The notes below the pieces were generated by a model that saw only the letters and a program-made list of their open reading frames with translations, did not search any database and was not told where the DNA came from. This document shows positions 18,350 through 27,058 of a DNA stretch of 64,000 bases, in pieces. Location: positions 93,602 through 157,601 of the forward strand of contig CAQIDI010000002.1 in the NCBI GenBank assembly GCA_948806215.1, read 5' to 3'. A program made the translations under genes and the position numbers. Source of the stretch: an uncultured Eubacteriales bacterium. Lineage in GTDB: Bacteria > Bacillota > Clostridia > Christensenellales > UBA1242. Every line of letters starts with the position of its first letter. Position 1 is the stretch's first letter.

Positions 18350-19177
18350 TTATTTTTTTACAGCTTTAATAACTTTTGGTAAATTTCTATAATCGTAGTA
18401 CACCTTAAAGTTTTTATAACGCTTTTTTAAAAGTTGTTTAACAATTTTAAACTGACGATTTGAAAACTCTAAAAAGAAAATTCCACCCGGCTTTAAAAAT
18501 TTTGGCACTTCTTCTATAATTCTTCTAACAAACAATAAGCCATCTTCGCCACCCATAAAATCGTTAGTTAAACTTGTTTCGGCAAGTTTTTTGTTGTTTT
18601 TAACATCTTCTAACGACCAATATGGCGGATTGGCGGTTATAACATCGTATTTTTTTGTTAAAGTTTTATCCCAATCGGTTAAAACATCAAACACACCAAA
18701 ATCAACATTTCCACCTAGGTTTTTACAATTTTCTTGTGCCAAAGCAACAGCTTCTTCTCTAATATCGTAAGCATCGGCGTGGCAACCAGTTGCCTTAGAA
18801 ATTGTTATTGGAACACAACCACTGCCTGTACACAAATCTAATAACTCGGAACTTGGTGTTAGTTTGCCATCTTTAACCGCAGCATTAACCAAAGTTTCGG
18901 TTGTTAATTTTGGTAAAAACACACTATTTCTGGTTGGATATAAATCACCACAAAATTCTTTAAAATCAAAAATATGCGATTGCATTCCAATTTGATTGCA
19001 TAGTTCCAAGTTCTTTTTGATAACATCCAACTTTTCTTCTGTAACATATTTTATGGTGTTAAAATAACTCATACGCTGACCATACGAAAAACAAATAATG
19101 TGTTTTAACATTAGTTCTCCGCCATCGCACTGTTTAGAATAAGTGTTTAAAACTTCTTTTATCGAATATACCTTCAT
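18350..19177 (-). CDS. HemK/PrmC-family N5-glutamine (NPPY) methyltransferase
   Basis: SAM-binding motif LDLCTGSGC and catalytic ITANPPYW. Confidence 0.7.
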   Translation of the reverse strand: MKVYSIKEVLNTYSKQCDGGELMLKHIICFSYGQRMSYFNTIKYVTEEKLDVIKKNLELCNQIGMQSHIFDFKEFCGDLYPTRNSVFLPKLTTETLVNAAVKDGKLTPSSELLDLCTGSGCVPITISKATGCHADAYDIREEAVALAQENCKNLGGNVDFGVFDVLTDWDKTLTKKYDVITANPPYWSLEDVKNNKKLAETSLTNDFMGGEDGLLFVRRIIEEVPKFLKPGGIFFLEFSNRQFKIVKQLLKKRYKNFKVYYDYRNLPKVIKAVKK

Positions 19178-19208
19178 ATTATTTTCCTTAGTTTTTTATT
19201 ATCTGTTT

Positions 19209-19883
19209 TTATATTTTTTCTATTATTTTGCCGTTTAATAGTTTTTGGCAATTTGAGCCTACCATATAGGTTTTGTTTCCGTTAACTATAACTGCCGATT
19301 TATCTGATAAAACATATACTGGATATTTTTGAGCCTTTGATTCTTCCACACAATAACTAAAAGCGTCGCTTGGTGTAAAATCGCCAAATATATGCGGAAT
19401 AATGGAAAAGTTAACAAGTTCTAAATATTTATTAACACCTAAAAAATCATCAATTTTATAAATGTAACTCTGAGTTAATGTTGATGGCATTTTTCCTAAT
19501 ATCATACTACCAGCCGAACTACCTATCCAAACCTTGGTTTCAAGAAGCTTTGGCAACAATTTATTAAATCCGCTTTTTTCAAAAACTTTAAAAAGCCATT
19601 CGGTGTTTCCGCCAAAACAATAAATTATATCAGCCTTAATAATTCTTTGTTTAATTTCATTAATATCTAACGCTAGCAAATTTATTAAATCAATTTCTCC
19701 GCCAAAGGTTTTTGTTAAAAAATTAATTCCATTAAATAACCATTTTTTATCGCCAGTTTCAACTGCACAAGCATCAATTATTAGTGCAACCGAAATATCT
19801 TTTTTAGGTTTACCAACTAATTCTAACACTTGTTTTAAAATGGTTTTTTGTTTAATATCCGACGATGTTAAAACCAATTTCAT
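19209..19883 (-). CDS. Peptidase S51 (dipeptidase E-like) family protein
   Basis: FGGNT and IGSSAGSMILG nucleophile-elbow patterns. Confidence 0.6.
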   Translation of the reverse strand: MKLVLTSSDIKQKTILKQVLELVGKPKKDISVALIIDACAVETGDKKWLFNGINFLTKTFGGEIDLINLLALDINEIKQRIIKADIIYCFGGNTEWLFKVFEKSGFNKLLPKLLETKVWIGSSAGSMILGKMPSTLTQSYIYKIDDFLGVNKYLELVNFSIIPHIFGDFTPSDAFSYCVEESKAQKYPVYVLSDKSAVIVNGNKTYMVGSNCQKLLNGKIIEKI

Positions 19884-19935
19884 AAATTAAACTCCTAAGT
19901 AACTATAACGCTTAAAAAGTTTATAGTTTTTTTAT

Positions 19936-20010
19936 TGGTGCGCCTAGAAGGATTCGAACCCTCGCTAATGGTTCCGAAGACCATTGTGCTATCCATTACA
20001 CCATAAGCGC
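19936..20010 (-). tRNA. tRNA-Arg (anticodon UCG)
   Basis: Cloverleaf read by hand on the minus strand: acceptor GCGCTTA/TAGGCGC, anticodon stem ATGGT/ACCAT with loop CTTCGGA, T arm GAGGG-TTCGAAT-CCTTC, and an encoded CCA. Confidence 0.85.
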
Positions 20011-20207
20011 ATAATTTGTTTTTTTGTTTTTTTATTGTGTTTTTTTAAAGCCTTTTTTATTATGAAGTCACATTAAAATTATAACATAAAAATTTTATTT
20101 TATATATTAATATTAATATATAAATTATTAGGTTTCTGATTAAAAAGTTGAGTAACAAAACCATTAATATATTTTTATTTATTATAAAAAAGATAGGTTA
20201 AGTTATC

Positions 20208-21449
20208 CTACCTTTTTTTAATTATAAAATCGTTTTCGTATAAAACACCTTCAACTGTGTTTTTATCGCCAAGTAACTCCTCTCGTTTACGGGTTTTCAT
20301 TATTGTTTTCTTTTGATTTTGCAATATTGGGAACAGTTCAAAATATTGACGCTCTAGTTGTTTATAATCGTCAATGCGTTTAAAAAACAAATTATCCACC
20401 ATTCTATCGTAAGAATCTGCTAGTTTTTCGGCTTCGGCTTCTAACTTAGAATTTACTTCGGTATTGTTTTCTATTTTGGAATTAATAATTTTTGCCCTTG
20501 CCAACAATTTTTTTGTTATGCGTTCTGCCCCACTATATAAATCATTATCAACTTGATTAATGGTTCTTAAGCCTAAACCTTGGAACACACCATCAACATA
20601 ATCGCAAAGTTCTTGCTTTGCTTGTTTTACATTAGGATAATCCGTTAACAAATCTGCTTTTAAAATGTTTAAAAAAAAGTTAAAGTTAGAAGTTTTTTCG
20701 TCGTAAGCGTGATAAACACTATCGCGAGCTTGCTCCTGAATAAACGCCGAAAAAAGCCTTTTTATTTCTGTTGATAAATTTGGTAAATTTAGCAATTTTG
20801 CACACTCTTGGCAAGTGTAATCACGAGCAGCAATTTCGCAAGGTTCGTTACCATAAAAAAACGATTCGTTAGTGCTTTTTCTAATATCAAACACCAAATC
20901 GTCAATATCAAAAAAGTTACTAAGCAAAATATTTTTGGTTTTATCCTTGCTAAACTTATCACTATTATATTGCTTGTTTATATTATCCATTAACTTTTGA
21001 TAAAGTGCACCAATTTTGCTTTCGGGTTGCAGTTTTGAAAAATCACCACTGTTTATAGCATTAATTTGAAAAATGTGATTACTTTCGTGAATTACAAACT
21101 CAAACACAATAAAAGGGAAAAATTTGTTAAAGCACGCTTTCATAAACTCGTAACTATCGCCAATTTTAGAGTTAAATTCCACACTGGGATTTGCTTCAAA
21201 TTTTGTAAATCCCATTGTTCCACCATTAAATTTTCTATATTTACACGGAGAATATTGTTCGTTTTTAGATTCGCAATATTTTATATGCACTGCTTGCAGA
21301 TACTGCAATAATTCTTGTTTGTTATCAATTTCAAAATAAAACTTATATGGGTTAACTAAACTCATAAGTTGTTCATAAGAATAATTTTCAAATTTTCCCA
21401 CATCAATATCATTTTTGTAGTTAAACATTTTGTTTTTTAATTCAGCCAT
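20208..21449 (-). CDS. Hypothetical protein with an HExxH motif
   Basis: 413 aa. FVIHESNHIF contains HESNH, and a possible third ligand lies in GNEPCEIAARDY. I recognise no family. Confidence 0.45.
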   Translation of the reverse strand: MAELKNKMFNYKNDIDVGKFENYSYEQLMSLVNPYKFYFEIDNKQELLQYLQAVHIKYCESKNEQYSPCKYRKFNGGTMGFTKFEANPSVEFNSKIGDSYEFMKACFNKFFPFIVFEFVIHESNHIFQINAINSGDFSKLQPESKIGALYQKLMDNINKQYNSDKFSKDKTKNILLSNFFDIDDLVFDIRKSTNESFFYGNEPCEIAARDYTCQECAKLLNLPNLSTEIKRLFSAFIQEQARDSVYHAYDEKTSNFNFFLNILKADLLTDYPNVKQAKQELCDYVDGVFQGLGLRTINQVDNDLYSGAERITKKLLARAKIINSKIENNTEVNSKLEAEAEKLADSYDRMVDNLFFKRIDDYKQLERQYFELFPILQNQKKTIMKTRKREELLGDKNTVEGVLYENDFIIKKR

Positions 21450-21615
21450 AAAAATATTCTCCTAAATATATTTTATATCAAAATAGGTAATCAGTCAATA
21501 TTGAATATTTTTAGGAAATAAAACAATGTCGAAATAATATAATTAATTAAAACAAAATTTTAATTTGTTGTTTATGAACTTTTGTTTTTTTTTGTAATAT
21601 GCTAAAATTGGAAAT

Positions 21616-22335
21616 ATGAATAACATTAGTTTTGAATCCGACAACTTAATGTATAAAAAGCCCAACTTTTTTCTAAAATTTTTAAGCGATGCTTTTGTAA
21701 CAGTTTGCATTATTATTGCATTGTTTATAATATTTTTTAGTTTTATTTTTGTAAGCGCACCGGTTACTGGTGTTTCTATGCAACCAACATTAAATGCAAA
21801 TGGCGAATCCAAACAAGACATTGTTTATATTAACAAATTGCTACCTTATAGCTATGGCGATATTGTTGTTATAGAACGACCAACAAATAATGTTGATGTT
21901 AAATACATAATTAAGCGTGTTGTTGGAATGCCCGGTGACAGAATTAAAATTATGCAAGACGAAGATTATAAAGTTTATTTGTTTAGAAATGGTAAAAAAA
22001 TAGAAGAAGATTATATTTTTGATGCCGAAAATTGCGACGACCCACACAACTACGGAATGTATGCAACTTTACAACAATACTTAGACCTTATTAATAATGT
22101 AAAAAAATATCCTAACAACTATCCTAATGTTGTGTTTGACGATGGTTGGTTAGTTTTGCAAAAAGACCAAATTTTTGTTTTAGGAGATAATCGCGGTTAT
22201 AGCGAAGATAGTTCTGCACTAGGACCTTTTAACAAAAATAAAGTTGTTGGCCGAGTTGATTTTATTATTCCGCACGGTGTTGTTCCTTTTTATTATTTCT
22301 TAAAATATTACACAGGTATTGATTTAGGTATTTAA
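21616..22335 (+). CDS. lepB: Signal peptidase I
   Basis: N-terminal TM segment, then GVSMQPTL (catalytic Ser), IKRVVGMPGD (Lys) and VLGDNRGYSEDS. Confidence 0.9.
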   Translation: MNNISFESDNLMYKKPNFFLKFLSDAFVTVCIIIALFIIFFSFIFVSAPVTGVSMQPTLNANGESKQDIVYINKLLPYSYGDIVVIERPTNNVDVKYIIKRVVGMPGDRIKIMQDEDYKVYLFRNGKKIEEDYIFDAENCDDPHNYGMYATLQQYLDLINNVKKYPNNYPNVVFDDGWLVLQKDQIFVLGDNRGYSEDSSALGPFNKNKVVGRVDFIIPHGVVPFYYFLKYYTGIDLGI

Positions 22336-22363
22336 AAGCTTTGCAATTTGCAAGGCTTTTTTT
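22334..22363 (+). terminator. Rho-independent terminator after lepB
   Basis: AGCTTTGCA-att-TGCAAGGCT followed by T7. Confidence 0.7.
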
Positions 22364-22452
22364 ATTTATAATTGATTTAATTAAAAAACCAATATTGACA
22401 ACCTGTAGCTTTTAGTTTACTATTATTTTAAGTTAAAATGGAAGGTGTGGCA

Positions 22453-23121
22453 ATGAGCGAAATAGAAAAGAAAATTTTAACCGAAAATTTAAGAATGGTT
22501 GATTTACCTTACGAACAAGTTGAAGAGTTATATAATGGCGTATTTAAAAAATTTAGCCCCGATTATTTTACAAAAGAAAATCAAACATTTTTTAGTTTGC
22601 CAAAAAACATAACCGAAGAAGAATTAGCCGATTTAAAAATTCCTACAAAAGGCATAATAACTTCAGATGGAACAATATATTCGGTTGATAAATTACACAT
22701 CGAAGTTGGAATGTGGCTTAGAGCAAATAATGTTGATTTAACAAATTCTATTAGATACGCTATTTATCCTAAGGGTTATGAAATTTATCCTTCCTACGAA
22801 AGTTTTGGAAAAATTGAGAATGTTGATAGCTTAGATAAGTTAGAGCAAGAATATTTGGATAAATACGAGAACGATTTATCAACTGACCGCATTATTGAAC
22901 TTAGTAAAAAACAAGTTGTTTCTATTGTTAATGTTGCAAAAAAATATAACGAATCTGCATTAAGTTCTGTTTTAAGAACAAACTGTTTTGGTTTGCACAA
23001 ACAACCATACGAATACGAAAATACAGTGGATGCTTTTAAAGTTAGATATAATCGATTATATTTTGAGGAATGTGGATTTACTGCTAGAGAATTAACAAGC
23101 ATAAAAAAAGGTTGGCATTAA
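22453..23121 (+). CDS. Hypothetical protein
   Basis: ORF 22438-23121. The ATG at 22453 has a better SD (GAAGGTG, 5 nt upstream). No recognisable motif. Confidence 0.45.
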   Translation: MSEIEKKILTENLRMVDLPYEQVEELYNGVFKKFSPDYFTKENQTFFSLPKNITEEELADLKIPTKGIITSDGTIYSVDKLHIEVGMWLRANNVDLTNSIRYAIYPKGYEIYPSYESFGKIENVDSLDKLEQEYLDKYENDLSTDRIIELSKKQVVSIVNVAKKYNESALSSVLRTNCFGLHKQPYEYENTVDAFKVRYNRLYFEECGFTARELTSIKKGWH

Positions 23122-23129
23122 AATTAATA

Positions 23130-23162
23130 AAAAAAGAAAAGCGATATTCGCTTTTCTTTTTT
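23130..23162. terminator. Bidirectional terminator between convergent genes
   Basis: GAAAAGCGA-tat-TCGCTTTTC, flanked by an A-run and a T-run. Confidence 0.75.
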
Positions 23163-26100
23163 AACTTATAATCGCATTTTTAATTGCATTAACAAAGCTT
23201 GCAATTAATTGTTCTATTTCGGAATATTCGTTAACAAACGATTTGCTGTAGCTAGCTTCGTTTCCGCTATTAACTAAATCTAAGTAGTTAACGCATTCTT
23301 CAATGCTTACGCTTAACTTATTATTTAAAGCCTTATAGGAATTATTAATTTCTTCGGTAGCATAACTAGCAACTGGAGTATACCACGATTCAATAATTGT
23401 TCTAAGTTCGGTTAAAACAAATTTATGCATTCTAACTGTTGATTTTAATGGAACAACATTTAGTTTGCTTAAAGCATCTAAGCAAGTTCCAAATGGGGAT
23501 AGAACATAGTTTTCTTTAGTTATTTTAACTTCTTTTAAAATATCAAAAATATCTTTTAAGCCTTCAAACTCACTAAATATTAACTGATATGTCATAACTT
23601 GACCATTGTTAGAAAGTTCTCCCCTTTCGACTTTTTGTGCACAAACTCTGGTTTGAGCATTTATATCGTTTATAGCAATAATAACATCGGTAGCCAAATT
23701 CCCTTCGGTTATAATTGTTTGTGTTAATAACTTATCAAACAATTTAAATCTAATTGGACGAAGCAATACACTATTTCCAAAATCATCTAATTTTTTACCA
23801 ATCCAAGAAATTCCGGTTATTGAACCACTGGTTACATCATCACGAATATCAATAAATTCTTTTAAGTGTTTAAACTCTTCTTCAAAACTTGTAATGTTTG
23901 GCACAGCATTTTTAATATCAATAATCATTTCTTTTAATTCTTGATCATCTGTGCTTTTTTCTGCTTCGTTTAATATCATAACCACAACGTCGTGACGAAC
24001 ATTTCCAAGCAGAACACTATTATCAAATTCATCTAGGAAAGCACCAAAACCAACAAAGTCAAAAGTTGCAACTTCGATAACTTTTAATTCTTCCGCTTTA
24101 TCAACAAATTTCTTTAAATAAGTAAATTCGTTTTGATAGCTTGTTATGTTATCTACATTAGATTTTATTTTATTAATAATATCAACTAAATCTTGTGGGA
24201 AATCGGTTGTATCAATTTTACCAATTATTAACTTAACCAAATCTGCCCTTATTGGCGAAATTATAACGCTTGGTCTAACATCCGAAGAAATATCAAATTC
24301 GTCTAACATTCTGCCAAAGCGAGCATAGTTAAAGTTATCAATATCAATTCTTGTTATTTCGTTAATTAATGTGTTAAGAGCAACAATTTCTTGTTTATAG
24401 CTTAAATCGGTGGTTTCAACAATAATAGTTTTAATTTTATTAACAATTTTTAAAGTGTCTAAATCGGTGATATCTTTTGCAAAATCGTCAACAGCATTAA
24501 CTAGAACTTCGGTTATTACTTCACGATTAATAAGTTTGCTATTTTTTGCAATAACATTATCAATGCGTTCGCCAACCTTTTCCATTGGAACTGTAACATC
24601 GTTAAAGTCGTTTGCAACAAGAGCCAACTCTTTAATTGTTTCAAATTCTAATTTCCAATCAATATTTGTTGCATTTGTTAAATTATTATTAATTTTTATA
24701 AATGCACCATTAGCAATATTTGTTCCTTCTGGAAGCAAACTTTCGGCATAATCGATAATAACTTTTACTAAGTTTTTAATTTCTTTTCCAAACAATGTGC
24801 TATTTTCTAGACTGTTAACACTTTCGCCAAGTTCGCTAAAATAGGTGTTATCATCTTTTAAAATATTTTGTTCAACATCCACATCTGTTGCCATTTTGCT
24901 AAATGTCGAAAATAATTTTTGATAAGTTTTAAATTCTTGTTGCCAACTAGAAACTTGTTCAACATTATTAGAAATTCGTTCTAATATTGGCTTCATATCA
25001 TTTAGTTCTTGTGGTAGTTCGTTTTTAATTAATTTAAAAGTTGCTTTTGCAACTGGTATTATAGCATCACCTAGCAAGGTGGTGGTTTTAACACCATCAA
25101 GCACTGCACCCATATCTTCTAAATTTAGTTCTGGGTCGCCATTGTAACTTTCGTAAACTCTAATTGCGTTATCAAAAACATTTCCAACTTTGGTTAGTTC
25201 TTCTTCGAACTTAGTAATTTTATTTAAGTTATGAACAGAGCTAAGCAATGGTTCTTTGAAATCGTTAAAACTTTCATCTAAATCGTCAAGCATTGATTCA
25301 AGTGAATCGTATAATCTATTTTCAACAGCTGTAATAATTTTTTTGTAGTTTTCAGTTCCCAAACCCGGATATGCAACAATTGCATCTAATATTTGACCAA
25401 TGTAACCAAAGGTTTGATTTGTTACATAATATTTAGATTCGGTATCAATTGTGTTATACGCTTTTAAACTTATGTTAATTAAAGCGTTTGTTAAGTTTTT
25501 AACTTCTTCAACAGAAACAACTTGTTCTTCAACTTTAAAATCGGTTACATCTAAACTTTCGGCAATATACCAAAAAACTGCATTTAAAATAACTGGCATT
25601 GCTGTGCCCAATGTTTTCATTTCATAAATTTGATCGGTTAATGCAGTTGCATCTTCTTCGGATAAGTAATCCCAAACATCGGTTTCTTTAATTTCATTAT
25701 TTAAAATTAAGGCTAACAAATCATTTTTATTTAATATTTTGCAAATGTTTAAAATACAATGTACTTCGTTTTTGAGATCGGTGTATTTAATATCTTTAAT
25801 TTGAGTTAATGTTTCCCTTGCGGTGTAGTTTAAAATTTTATCATTGCTAGCAGGAAGTTTTATAACAAACTCATCGTTAGTAAGCATTTCATTAATTACA
25901 TAAGGAAGCAACTTATCACCAATAACATTAATTGTGTTAATTTCAAACATATTGTTTGTAGCGGTTTCGATTATATCAATAAGTTTTGTTAATTTTTGAT
26001 AATGATAATTTTTAAATTCATAATTTTTCAATTCTGAAAAACTATCAACTGTTTTAAAAACCGATGTTACTTCATTTTTTAAAACAATGTTTTGATTATT

Positions 26101-26925
26101 AACTTTTGTTGTGCTAAGTGCATCAAACGCTAGCCCATTAAAAAACTCGATGCCAGTGTAACGCAAAACACCTAGCGGAACACTCTTATCATAAGCACGA
26201 ATTAGGTCACCAACTTCGGCACTTAAATTTTTAGTAAAAAATCCGTTTTTGCCAGTGCGTAGTTGCTTTCCATTTTTATCAGTTACAACATTGCCATCCT
26301 TATCAAGCAATAACTCGGAAGTTTCATATTCTACTTTGTTTGCAATGTTTAATATTCCCATAACAGGCATTATTGTGGTTGCACCAACAAATATTCCAAG
26401 AAAAACCCCAACAAGCATTCCCCACGCACGATACTTTTTCTTTTTGGTTTTATCTTTGTTTTTCTTTTTAATAAATATTGCACTAAGTATTGCCCATAAT
26501 GGCCACAATAAAATTTTTACTAACCAGAAAAATAATACATATAAAATAGCATTAAAAAATATCGTTACAATTTGAAGAACTGCTTTAATAACATCTGGAT
26601 TATCAATAAATATTTGAGCATATTCGCCAGTAACTTCTTTGTTACATAACAAGCCACTAACAAATTCGTTAATGGTTGTTAACTCAACGCCCTTAACACT
26701 TATTCCTATAAACGAAACATTTAAGTTCATTATTGCGTTTGTTACTACTGGTGTTACAAAAAATAATATTAGGGCAATAACAAAAATCCAAACAAGCCTA
26801 AACGATTGCTTTTTAAGCCCCCTAATAATTCCCCAAAGCATTCCGCTTAAAACAAATAAAACAAACACTCCTAATAGTGCTAGCGGAATAGCCATATTAA
26901 CTGTTGAATTTAATAATAAACTCAT
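23161..26925 (-). CDS. Large membrane-anchored protein: CvpA-like N-terminal TM domain plus tandem alpha-helical repeats
   Basis: Start set at the ATG at 26925 (MSLLLNSTVNMAIPLALLG...). About 5 TM segments in the first ~230 aa, including the GIIRGLKKQ motif resembling CvpA. The remaining ~1000 aa are soluble and contain a recurring module. Confidence 0.7.
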   Translation of the reverse strand: MSLLLNSTVNMAIPLALLGVFVLFVLSGMLWGIIRGLKKQSFRLVWIFVIALILFFVTPVVTNAIMNLNVSFIGISVKGVELTTINEFVSGLLCNKEVTGEYAQIFIDNPDVIKAVLQIVTIFFNAILYVLFFWLVKILLWPLWAILSAIFIKKKNKDKTKKKKYRAWGMLVGVFLGIFVGATTIMPVMGILNIANKVEYETSELLLDKDGNVVTDKNGKQLRTGKNGFFTKNLSAEVGDLIRAYDKSVPLGVLRYTGIEFFNGLAFDALSTTKVNNQNIVLKNEVTSVFKTVDSFSELKNYEFKNYHYQKLTKLIDIIETATNNMFEINTINVIGDKLLPYVINEMLTNDEFVIKLPASNDKILNYTARETLTQIKDIKYTDLKNEVHCILNICKILNKNDLLALILNNEIKETDVWDYLSEEDATALTDQIYEMKTLGTAMPVILNAVFWYIAESLDVTDFKVEEQVVSVEEVKNLTNALINISLKAYNTIDTESKYYVTNQTFGYIGQILDAIVAYPGLGTENYKKIITAVENRLYDSLESMLDDLDESFNDFKEPLLSSVHNLNKITKFEEELTKVGNVFDNAIRVYESYNGDPELNLEDMGAVLDGVKTTTLLGDAIIPVAKATFKLIKNELPQELNDMKPILERISNNVEQVSSWQQEFKTYQKLFSTFSKMATDVDVEQNILKDDNTYFSELGESVNSLENSTLFGKEIKNLVKVIIDYAESLLPEGTNIANGAFIKINNNLTNATNIDWKLEFETIKELALVANDFNDVTVPMEKVGERIDNVIAKNSKLINREVITEVLVNAVDDFAKDITDLDTLKIVNKIKTIIVETTDLSYKQEIVALNTLINEITRIDIDNFNYARFGRMLDEFDISSDVRPSVIISPIRADLVKLIIGKIDTTDFPQDLVDIINKIKSNVDNITSYQNEFTYLKKFVDKAEELKVIEVATFDFVGFGAFLDEFDNSVLLGNVRHDVVVMILNEAEKSTDDQELKEMIIDIKNAVPNITSFEEEFKHLKEFIDIRDDVTSGSITGISWIGKKLDDFGNSVLLRPIRFKLFDKLLTQTIITEGNLATDVIIAINDINAQTRVCAQKVERGELSNNGQVMTYQLIFSEFEGLKDIFDILKEVKITKENYVLSPFGTCLDALSKLNVVPLKSTVRMHKFVLTELRTIIESWYTPVASYATEEINNSYKALNNKLSVSIEECVNYLDLVNSGNEASYSKSFVNEYSEIEQLIASFVNAIKNAIIS
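23600..25300 (-). repeat. Degenerate tandem protein repeats with a period of about 255-275 nt (at least 7 units; boundaries approximate)
   Basis: Recurring anchors are FGxxLDxFxNSxLL... and ...I(I/V)xKIKxNVxNI(T/S)S(Y/F/W)xxEFxxLKxF. Examples: FGRMLDEFDISS, FGAFLDEFDNSVLL, IGKKLDDFGNSVLL; SYQNEFTYLKKF, SFEEEFKHLKEF, SWQQEFKTYQKLF. Confidence 0.55.
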
Positions 26926-27011
26926 AGTAGTATCCTTTACCAATAATAATTGGCGATAAATATTATTTTTAACAATATTAGTATATATTATTTTATTTAT
27001 AATAACAATAA

Positions 27012-27049
27012 AAAACAAAAAAAGTGCATTTAATAAACACACTTTTTTT
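27012..27049. terminator. Hairpin terminator after gyrA
   Basis: AAGTG...CACTT stem with a 13-nt loop, flanked by A-rich and T7 runs. Confidence 0.5.
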
Positions 27050-27058
27050 ACAAAATTT

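Noticed and set aside
26926-27042. 39-codon N-terminal extension of the large membrane-protein ORF
   Set aside because: It runs through the gyrA terminator hairpin and AT-rich promoter-like DNA. The internal ATG at 26925 begins directly with the first TM segment and has an AAGGA-like SD.
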